The notes under the pieces are model-generated. The model was not told where the DNA came from. It saw only the letters and a list, made by a program, of their open reading frames with translations, and searched no databases. A DNA stretch of 61,889 bases from Girardia tigrina (Eukaryota), in assembly GCA_001938485.1 (NCBI GenBank), contig MQRK01207513.1, positions 4,162 to 66,050 of the forward strand, read 5' to 3'. This document shows positions 39,601 through 51,600 of this stretch, in pieces. Position 1 is the stretch's first letter, and every line of letters begins with the position of its first letter. The translations under genes and the position numbers were made by a program.

Positions 39601-42600
39601 ATATAAAAGAGATAAAAATAAGACGAAGGGTTTCGAGATAATAATAATCTCATCATCAGGTCACAAAATACACTAAGATAGTACACTACATGGGAACTTG
39701 ACAAAAATAAATAAAAATTATCCAATAAATTATTGGATTAAAATAATTTTATTTCACTTTTTCTTAAAATTAAGCACAATGCACTAAATAAATCTTAGTG
39801 CATTTTGTGACCTGATGATGAGATTATTATTATCTCGAAACGCGTCGTCTTATTTTTATCCCATATATATCCCATTTATATATATATATATATATATATA
39901 TNNNNNNNNNNNNNNNNNNNNNNNNNNNNNNNNNNNNNNNNNNNNNNNNNNNNNNNNNNNNNNNNNNNNNNNNNNNNNNNNNNNNNNNNNNNNNNNNNNN
40001 NNNNNNNNNNNNNNNNNNNNNNNNNNNNNNNNNNNNNNNNNNNNNNNNNNNNNNNNNNNNNNNNNNNNNNNNNNNNNNNNNNNNNNNNNNNNNNNNNNNN
40101 NNNNNNNNNNNNNNNNNNNNNNNNNNNNNNNNNNNNNNNNNNNNNNNNNNNNNNNNNNNNNNNNNNNNNNNNNNNNNNNNNNNNNNNNNNNNNNNNNNNN
40201 NNNNNNNNNNNNNNNNNNNNNNNNNNNNNNNNNNNNNNNNNNNNNNNNNNNNNNNNNNNNNNNNNNNNNNNNNNNNNNNNNNNNNNNNNNNNNNNNNNNN
40301 NNNNNNNNNNNNNNNNNNNNNNNNNNNNNNNNNNNNNNNNNNNNNNNNNNNNNNNNNNNNNNNNNNNNNNTTTTGAAATGGATGAGGTTCTATCCTTACA
40401 ACATAACCAATGATCAAGAACCTTACTCGATCGACTCATTTGCGAGTGCTCGCTAATCCGGGTTTTGAGATGACGATTTGTCTCTCCGGAGAGACCGAAA
40501 AGAGACAAAAAACTGTTGCTGACTTTTTTGAACGAGAATCTCTCAAGGAAATTGTGTCAGACATGGCAACGGATGGAGTAACTATTCGAGCAATAACAAG
40601 AAATAAGTTCATTAGAANNNNNNNNNNNNNNNNNNNNNNNNNNNNNNNNNNNNNNNNNNNNNNNNNNNNNNNNNNNNNNNNNNNNNATTTTGAAGAAAAA
40701 CAGAAGAAAATGGTTGATGAGATTCAAGCGAAGGTTGCGAAAGGTATCAAGTTCAGCATGACCGTCGATGAGGCTACAACTTTACGTGGTCGTCGATATT
40801 TCGGAGTTAATATTCATGAGAGAGATTTCAATAAAACTTATAAGACAGGCCTCATGCGCATTCTCGGTTCTTGCAACGCTCTTAGCATGATTGAAATTCT
40901 TCGAGATAATCTCAAATCGTTTGGCATTTCAATGGAAAAAGATTTGGTTGGATCCACACAGGATGGAGCTGTAGTTAATAAAAGATTTATCAGCCTCATT
41001 GATGCTATCTGTCAGTTCTGTTTCAATCACGGTTTACACCTTGGAGTATGTGACACTTTGTACAAAAAGAAATCTGAAATTGAAGAACCCATCATCATTG
41101 ATGAAGATCCAAATGAGGAAGATAATTTTGATGAACCAACCGATTTTGAATTAATCAATGAAAACCATAATGAGATCGATTATCATGAAATACTCAAAAA
41201 GTCTCGCAGAATTGTCAAATTCTTCAATCATTCACCTGTTCGAAATCATGTGCTTCAAACAAAAATCAAACAAATTCACTCTCGAGAAATTGAAATGCAT
41301 CTGGATGTGAAAACACGCTGGAATTCAATCCCAACCCTGCTTGAACCGTTAATTAAAACCGAAGCATCAATTCGTGAGACTCTTCAGGATTTCAAAGCAC
41401 TCGATCTGATTGAAAACTTTGATTTTGGCGCTCTGAAATCATTGCTAGCAGCAATGGAGCCAGTTAAGCTACCAGTAGAGAATCTTAGCAAAGAGGACTC
41501 AACTTTAATGAGCGCGGATACAATTTTAAATTTTATGTTCACAAAACTATCGAACATTAAAAATGAAATTGCAGAGAAATTACTGGAAAATCTAAAGCAG
41601 CGAGTTGGTGAAAGACTCAATCCCGACCTAATGAATCTCTTACGCAGCCTGAAAGATCCATCGATTGTGTCTTCGAGAAACACGATTAATTTTGCAGGCA
41701 GTCTAGCAAAACGACTATTTGAAGTTGCTGACGAAGATACTGGCGATCAATTACCTCATGAAGAAATATCTGAAAATTTACCAATGCAGGAGGAATTAAA
41801 TGCTTTGCTTCAAAAAAGTGAAACTACAGTCACGCCAGCTAATGATGCTTTCAAGTGGCTAAAGTTGGAATTTACACTTTTCAAGAACACTGGACAGCGA
41901 ACTGAAAACCTATAAAAACTCTTTAATGCCATTTTGACCATCAAACCCACTTCCACGGACGTAGAACGCGTTTTTTTGTCACCTCAAGTTTTTGCACAAA
42001 AATTCGATCTCGCCTATCAGATAAATCACTGCAAGCATTGGTCTTTTTGAAATATTATTATAATAAATCAAATAAATAATTAAAAGGCTTTAATTTCATA
42101 TTAAAAAGTTTTTTTCTTAATTTAATAAAATTCAAAAAACAGTAAAACAGCTGTTAACAGCTGTTTTTTAAAAATCAGAAACAGTTAAACAGCTGTTTTT
42201 TGAAAACCTCTGTTTTTCAGAAACCCTAATTGCAAAAAATGGATTTTAATTTAAAAAGACATTGTAAATAAAAAATTTAATCGATTTAATTCGAGTTGTT
42301 TTACTGAATCAATAAAATTCTGTCGAAAGGAAAAGAAAAAAGATTTCTATTCGTTATTGAAAGATTCGATCGTTAAAATTTCAGCCGCCATCAATAACAA
42401 GGATTTATTAAAAAACATTAGTAACTATAGGGACCAAAATATTTCAATGACATGTTTGCATGTTCTGATGATTCTCAGAATGTTAATGATTCTGGTAACC
42501 CAAATAATTCAGTGAAAATCAATTTGTAATCTCCAGTGATACTAGGGCTCTCTGTTTGAGTAAAAATTTTGAAGTCTGAAATTGAAATAAATAAAACTAT

Positions 42601-45600
42601 CGATTTGATATATGATTATTCGAAATTGTTCTGTGTTGCCTTGAATCCCTACAAGAGATTGTATATTTGCAGTGATAAAATAATCTAGTGGTATAATGGT
42701 AAAGGGTGGTGTGAACACCTGATGTTTGCCTAATCACAAACACGGGGCAGGACTGGCTCAAGCATTTTAGTAACCGGGTGCACAACCTAGTCAGTTTGAC
42801 TGTTCTTAACTGGGACCACCGACGTTTTTCTCATTCGAAGATGAGAAAAAAGATAATCATAGGAGCGGCGAGCAAAATGACAATAAATGTTGATCGAATG
42901 GGTCAGATTCTTTTTTATTCTCTCTCCACTCGACCTAGAGTCTCCACGTGCCCATCACTAGAGCATTATGATCGCAACCACCCTGCGCCCGATCTCGCAC
43001 CAACATTAAACATTTTAATAATTTATTATTTCACAATTCAGGACATGTTTTGTTCTTATCAGAACATAATCCGGTGGATCGTCCATTGATTGAACAGATT
43101 TATAAAATTTGCAATATTTCAATATTAGGGTCTTGAAAAAGATCTTTTTAGTATTTTAACTTATTTTTATTCAATCAGAATTTTGAAAAATATTGTGTGT
43201 TTGATACAGACTTCTTTTTGGTTGTATTTTTAATGATTTTATAAATTTGTTCTATGAATGGATGATCTATCTGATGATGTTCTGATGTGCGCAAAACATG
43301 TCGTGAATTGCGAAATAATAAATTGTTACTTAAAAGATATTTCTTCGTTTTTTACTATTTTAGATGAATTGAATAATATATATAATAATATTCTGTATCC
43401 TACTGTATATATATATATATATACAGTGCTCGAAGTGGGAAAAAATAAGTGCCGGTATGCGGAAACCGGCTATACCGTGATTTTGCTCCTCCGCTGCCCA
43501 ACACCAACACCCTGACGTCACCTCCCACGCCCCCTCCCCGATTTTTTAATATATTTAAAAAAAACAGTGGTTTCTTTTCATTTCTGCTCACCCAAAATTG
43601 TATACAACCCCCACACATTAACGAACCCTGAGGGAAACCAAAAACCATTCTCAGTCTAAATCTTATTGACTACACAATAAAGATATTCACTAGCGTGTGT
43701 AATGGTAACTATAGTAACTACAGATCTCACTAAGTGTCCAGTCAACAATAAACTGTCTAGAGCTGACATATTTTGTACATGCAATCGACACCAACGTCGG
43801 CATCCTTTCCACTACCCCGATGTATCTACTACTCTATCTACAGCGCACACACTCGTGTGTGAGGTTTGTGTATATGTGAGAGAGATAGCGGTGGCAGGGG
43901 GCGATAGAAAGAGAGTGTAAGACATTACGGTTAGTCGTTAGTGGTAGTGACACTCCTGCATACATTATGCTGTACTTGTGTGTGCGTTTGTTTGTGTGAC
44001 GCATCATATACAGCAGTTGAGGTGAGACGGAAACGTAGCCATATAATTCATTCCTTAATAAATGCTTTCCAATTTTTAAGCCTTAGGAAAAACAAGTGCC
44101 GGTATGAGCCGGTATTCCCCTTAAAAATCATACTGCCTTAAAATCAAATAAGTGCCGGTATGTCATACCGCCTCGAAAACAAGTGGCGGTATGGCATACC
44201 GGCACATCTGCTTTTTTTTCATTGTGGCTATAAATGATGCTTTTTAGTGAGGAGATACACCCAATTAATAGGGTCTTTTAAATCTGTACTTTTACAGTTG
44301 ATCATAATCATTTATCCGCTACAGTATACATAGAGATTCGTATTCTCTTTATAAATAAATTTCATTAAATGTAATGTTAAATTTTTCTAAAATTAAAGGA
44401 ATTACTTTTATATCAATCTAAGATTACAGAAACTGAATAAAAATTAAAAGCTTTTCCCGAAAAATATCAGAAATACTATTCACATAACTTTTAGGAACAA
44501 AATAATAAAAATATAAAAAAAATAGTATAAATAAAGGGTTTTCTCGTTAAACATCCTGAAATATGAATGAGCGAATATTAAGATCAATGATCGTATACAC
44601 AGGATATGGTTAAAGTATTGAAATATAATTCTAAGAATTTTACCTTAAACACCATATCCGAAAATGTACAAAAGTTCAATTTGTATTGTATACAATTTTA
44701 ATAACATGCTATATGATATTAGGTTAAAAGTATTAATATAAAATAAAAGCTTTAATTAATTAAAATAAGTTACAAAAACAATTAAAGAAATAATTGAATA
44801 AATTGTTAAATTTAATGTTAATTTTTTCTAAAATTAAAGGAATTACTTTTATATCAATCTAAAATTACAGAAACTGAATAAAAATTAAAAGCTTTTCCCG
44901 AAAAATATTAGAAATACTATGTGCATGATAAATCAAAAACATAGTTATGACTTATCCTCTTTATTAAGATTACGAGTTAAAATAATTGCTAAATGTTCCA
45001 CTGATTATTATGGTGAAGCATGTGAAACCATCTGCCAACCCCTGCCAGGATATTATAGTTGTTCAAGACTAACTGGAGAAAAGATTTGTGAAATGGACTG
45101 TGGTTATCATGGCAAATGTGTTCGAAACAGGTTCCTTTAAAATTAAATTTATAACTAAAATGTCATTACAGATTCATAAAAATACTGATAATTTTTTTAG
45201 TATGTTTTCATTCAGAATCCAATAAGTTTTTGCCTGGTTAATTTACTATGTAATTCAAACCCAATCCTTTGAAAATCAAATTAATACTTTATAAAATCAT
45301 TTTGAATTATTTTTTTAAAAAATATTTTCAGAAAAAAATATTTATTGAATATAGAAACTGATCAAGAAGAAAGCAAAAACATTCAATTAGGCTTTTGTAT
45401 GTGAGAAAAAATCTATAAAAATGTCAAGAAAAATACAGAAAATTTACTAAGAACTTAAATTTATTTTAAATCACTTTTTATGTATAGCAATACAAAACTG
45501 GAGATTTCTAAATTTGACTCCAAAAGCGGTATTAAATAGACCAAATTCAGCGACGAAGCAAAAACATCTATCATCAGAGAAACGCATCAAAAGTAACCAC

Positions 45601-48600
45601 TAAAAATGATTCTCTAACTTTTGGAACGGCTACTTCATCCTTGATTACAGACCACAACCTACACGGCTTTCAAGCAAGAAGCAAGAATCGCTCAAGGTAA
45701 CCATTGAAAGCAGACCGTATAAACTAACTTGAGGGCTTACCATAAAAGTATAGATTGACAAAAAGATTAATTGAAATTGTTTGATTCCCCTGGAAAGGAA
45801 CCCTTAGTAAGTGCGATGGGTTTCGAGGTCGAAAGAGGTTCACACAGTCAATGAAGAAGTTTTCATTCTTCATCAATTTCCTAGAGGGGATGAACGATCA
45901 GAGGAAGACAAAATAACAAATTTTGTCTATAAAACCTTTGAAAAAATTACGTTTGATAAAATCGATGGATTGGGAAACGGTCAATGTGGCTAAAATGACA
46001 ATTTAAGTAGTGACTATAATAAAAAGTTTCAAAATGTTTTAACAAAATGATTAAAATCGATATAAAATTGTATATTTGTATATTGTCGTGTATTTTGAAA
46101 TGGAAATTTCAGTACTAACTGATATATTTTTTTCATTTCTTAATACGTCTGGCTTAATTAAATGTTTTTGTGCTAATATTTTATCATTTTGTTTAGTCAA
46201 ACAATTTTTTTTAGTCCTGAATATAAATACGTACATGGTGGTCCAATGGTTGCGCAATGTGATTTTTTTGCAGATATAAAATCAGCTCTTGAAGACGAGC
46301 ATTTTGATAAATAACTTGCGAGGGGGATCGGTGAAAAACATCAGGGTCAAATTATGTAATTTAGGTCAAATTACATAACTCGGAATTTCGATGCAAATGA
46401 GGTGTCATTTGTAAGATAATTTTATGCTGAATAAGATTATTTAATTTGTTTTATTGTGAGATGCATAGTTTAGAAGTTATAAGAGTTTTAAAATGTTTAA
46501 AACTTGTATAATAATTAGAAAAAAGGTATTTGTTATTTAAAAAGGTATGACAAATCTGAAAAAATGAAATTATTATTTAAGAAAAATCTAAAGAAATTAA
46601 AAGAAAAATTGTTGTTGATAAATCGTGTGAGACTTTGATGTTGTTTATTTGTAATAAAGTTGTTAAAGTGAGATGAATGTAAACTGTGGACTTTTTGAAA
46701 CTTATATTTTCGATGATTAAGTTTTTTACATGATTTGTGAATTTAATAAAAATAAATTGTGGTGCATTTAAAATTTTTTGAATATAATCACTAAAATTAG
46801 AGTGCGAATTTCAAATTCAAAATCTATAGAATCTTTTCCCAATAGTGACTATTGTTCTAGTTTTATGGCGTCTCGAGCAAAAAAAATACATTTTCGATTT
46901 CAAGCATAATTTGTATGAAGCGACGACGTTTGCAGTATCGATTATGTATCGAATCTTCTCAAAAGAATGTCTGTCGCTAATTTTGATCTAGGCTAAATGT
47001 CGTCGTAAGACAAAATTTCAAACGTTGATGTGCAGGGTTACATAGTGTCAGTATTCGCTAAATCATAGAAAGGATTCGGAACCAAGTCGACGTTTAAATG
47101 AGAATGCGAGAGAAGATTTTTTGAAAGTCGAACAAAAGTACAATGAAATTGGACAGCCTCATTACGATAAACAGTCTAATTTTGCCTTTTTAAGCCGTGG
47201 TTTTTATGAACCGGTCACGATTTTCGGTGGTCATTACTGAAGAAGACAAAAGAATTTGGTTTATAAAGGGCTGAAATAGAGAGTCTCTGCCTTCGCCTTC
47301 TCAGGAATTAATATTCATTGTAATTATCCCTATACCTGGAAATTCCCACTGGCGCCGAAAAACTTTATTCTTTGTAGACAACTTTCCCAGCTTCAGCTAC
47401 TGCATCTTCTGTTTAGTACTACTTTTATTGAATGTCAAATGTTTGTGTTGAGTTGGGGAGGAATGATTAAATACTAGTAATACTTTCAAATCAAGGTTAC
47501 AACTGACAGCGTCTGATATGGTCCATACGTGGTGCGTTCAATAAGTACCCAACCTAACGTTAAAAAAAATCTGATAGCAAATTCTAGTTTTTATGGCTGA
47601 TTAGATAAATTAATATATGTTTTAATTTCAGTAATTGTTTTATTTCGTCAAAACACCTTAAAATTTTTATTTTAACATTTTGAATTCTCGTCAGTGCAAT
47701 GATTCAAAACGTTTATTACCGCAGAATTATCAATTTTTTGTGTTGCAGAAGGTGACATTTACGATCTTTTGCAGTCAATTTACAGACATGACTCCCCATC
47801 TCCGACAATATTTGGTCAGAAATTTTGAGAGTGTAGTATCATCTAGTGATATCATTTGCAGGGAAATTAAAAAAATAAGAGTTTATGTTTCATAGATTCC
47901 GGGATTTCTCTTAAAGTTAAATTCTACGAGATTGAGACTGTGATTCAACTGGAAACTGATTTAACTGCGTCTCTCTCTTTTTTCCTTTGTGGATATAAGC
48001 TTCAATATTAACGCAAATATGGTTTTTAACAATTCTGTGATTAAAAAAGTTTTAGTTAATACAGAAAAATTGTTGTCTGAAGCTTTGTTCGTAAGAGGCT
48101 AATTTATCTGACTTCTTCCAGATTGATAGACATTTTGACAATTCAAACTGTAAACCGCTATTTGTATTTGAAAATCTAAAAAGAATACATAAGAAACAGA
48201 AGTTATTTTTTATAGGAGAATATAGAAGTAATGTTCGATCAATCTTTTCTCACTTACGCAGTGCATGTTTTCTTTCGAAACATGACTTTTAAATTTTGGA
48301 CATTAGGAAATACTAAAGTTTTCTATTCTTCCAGGCTCATATCTCAATATCTCAGTGCAATTAAATAAAGTCGTCCGATTCCAAAAAAAGCGAAAATTCG
48401 AAAAGATGATTTTGGCTTTTAAAATACAACAATGTACTAAACAGTAAAGACTTTGATTTTTGTTAGTTACGTTCAGTGAGTGTCCAAGTAATCAGAGAAT
48501 TCAGCTTAGTGCTGTACAGTATTGTAAACTTATTTTTTATAAAAGATAATATTTTCAACTACAACATTTACCATTTTTAACTCTTATATTTGTTTAATCT

Positions 48601-51600
48601 ATCTATATTAATTAAAATCTCTTGGCGATCTCAGAGAGGCAACAACTTTTGGAAAATGTACCGCATGTTACTTATAGTAATTTTTAATTACTTTTACTTT
48701 ATTTATAATTATTTGAAATGTAAGATGAATAAGAGTTCTTTGAGGAAATTTTTTAATCAATAAAGTAAAAATTTTATTGTAAAGTCAAATTATTTAAAAT
48801 TTATTTATTTTAAAACTTGAAATTCTTTAATCCAAATCTTTTGAATGTTACATGTATAGGCCATTCTCCTCTGATATCTATAGCAAAGCTATTACAGTGA
48901 AGAATAAAAACCGCAGAACACTTTCTAAAAATATAATAGTTCCACCTACCTAGATAATTACTCATGGTACTCTTGGATTGAAACTTCTTTTTATTATTCA
49001 AACAATCTACCTACAGTAAGAGAAGTCTTTAACAACATTGAAGATAGAAGTATTCTAGTACTTGAAGCTACGAAAACATTAATATCAAATTCTGCTACAA
49101 TAAGTTTATACAACATCACCTTTCAATACAAGAATTAGTCATTCTTCTCAATCAAAATGGAAGTTAGTAATAATAATGGAAGCTAGAAATTATTGATACC
49201 GATTCTGTATTTTCCATTGAATATACTTGAATATACTACTTACATTGAATATACTTACAAATCTCAATTTTTAAGATGATGAATACAAAATTAAAGATTA
49301 TGTGGAAACGCGGCTTTGAAAAATGGTATTTATTCAATAAAATATATGTCGATTCCTATTCTTAGCCCCTCAATCAATGTTATTTTAATGAAATGTCAGT
49401 CTATGTCAGTGATAATTGAAAGCAGTTTTCCAAAACTTAGTTCTATATTACAGAAAGGAGGAAACTTTAATAATTAACATATTGAAAAATATGCGTGTAC
49501 TAAATATAAATGTTTTAAGTTGTACTTTTGTATTTAGTAATGTTGTATGTTTTGTATATTTTAAAAGATTCTAAAATATCCTTTGACATTGGGAGTAGGA
49601 ATAGTTATGTAATCAGTATTGTTTGTTACTAACAGAAGTAACTAAGATTAATTGCGTAATAATTATTGAGTGATTACTGATTAAATTGATTGTGTAGAGT
49701 CAGTTGTGATGATACAATAAATATGGGTTACTTGGTACGCCGACTTTACCGCGGCGACTTTACTGCGGACGACTTTACCGCGGCGACTTTACCGCGGACG
49801 ACTTTACAGCGGGCAACTTTACCGCGGAAAATTTACAACAAAATTGTCAATAAGTGAACAATGTCATCTAAAATATGAATAAAAATTTTTAATTATGTTA
49901 TGATAAAACAATGAATCATACACAGGTTTAATTTTAAAACATAAATGAATAGAAAATTTCAGATCGACATTACATTTAATTATTCTTTTTAATATAAAAA
50001 ATAAACAAACAACATACGAAAAATTAGTAAATTCCTAATTTAAAAAAATCAAAAAACATTCTAGAACAAATGAATAACACACCAAAGAAAATTGATGTGT
50101 AAATAGTAGAAAGATACAAAAACATTAAACTGTTATATTAAAGTAATGTAATAGTAAATATATACTTTAATCCAAAAAGTTTAAATTATGAGCAACGCCT
50201 CTAAGATAATCCAATATTGGTAAATTATTGTATTGCTCAACGACACATTCAATCCTCTCACTTACTTTGGCATAAATTTGCGATGAGAATCGTAGGAATT
50301 CTTCTATTCTAAATAGAATTTTAATGCGCTGCAAAATTAGTTCAACAAAATCTTGTTCAGTACGAAATTGATTTATCAAACTATAAACAGTTGGGTGATA
50401 GCAAGCGATAGAATTTTGAAACGCACGATGCCAATTTTCTATTGCATTGTTTGTGCTTGGTAGATGAGAAATAACGCCGTCATATACATTCCAACACTGA
50501 ATTGAATATCGAGGACGTAATCTTCGTTCTTCATGAGCACGGCCAATATATGTATCCTCAAAATATACAAAGACATCATCGAGTTCTGGATAATCATTGG
50601 AAAGATCAAGTAAAACAAAAAAGGCAGTGAAAACATCATCCACAGGAACAAACGCTAAGGCCATTTTTGATTTCAGAATGGTTCTTATTTCATCATTGTT
50701 TGAATAGAGATCTGGAAGATTTGATGTTTCTTTATTTTTTTCCAAATTGATTGGTTCCGATGAAAAAAACAGCCTTTAATCCAAGCGATGAGAATAGCCT
50801 GCATACACAGCAATCGGATTTCCAGATTTTGAAGTAAAGAATTGAAAATTCATGCTGAAAAAAAGTGAGAGAAAATTTTTTAGAAATTTAAAATATTTTA
50901 AGGTATATTTTTAAAGGTATTGGAGCGGAGAATTGCCAATTTTGACCGAACATTTATTTTGCCAGTTTCAGTATATAAATAAAAATATATAATTAAATAA
51001 TTAAATTAATAAATTAAAAGAATGAAATAAATTAATNNNNNNNNNNNNNNNNNNNNNNNNNNNNNNNNNNNNNNNNNNNNNNNNNNATATATATATATAT
51101 ATATAAATCAATAAGATAAAAAAAGAAAATTGATTGAAAAAATTAATTAATTACTTACCGACGAATATTATCATTATTTTCCTGACCATTATTTAATGTT
51201 GGACTAATTAATCAGTTGCTACATTTAAGGATCCTGGAATAAATTTTGGCTCATCCATTATTCTTAATCAACCCTACAGTGATTCCAATAATTTACTCCA
51301 TCCATTATTATCAATCAATCATACGGTGATACTTATAATTTACTCCATCCATTATTATTAATCAACAATACAGTGATATCCAATCACTTTTCCGAAATAT
51401 ACTCTATAACTGTCTAACAACTGATCGGTAACGAATTATCCTGTTAATTTCAATTCCCGAGATTAGGCATTTGGAGCATAAAGTAATACAGTTATTTATT
51501 TACACTAACTGCGTGATTACTACAGATTTATCTTGTCTGGTTTTTTGTTAGAGTTTAGATTATTTAATTTTATTCTATTACTCTTTAACGCTCATTACTT

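Noticed and set aside
39815-40508. Long ORFs of 195-213 aa
   Set aside because: Mostly N-gap translation; only the GIY-YIG segment is meaningful.
46230-46340. tRNA or tRNA-derived SINE (A-box-like TGGTCCAATGG)
   Set aside because: No B box and no cloverleaf.
51254-51384. Possible CRISPR-like array or coding repeat
   Set aside because: Contiguous 47-bp units with no unique spacers, not a multiple of 3, in a eukaryotic context.
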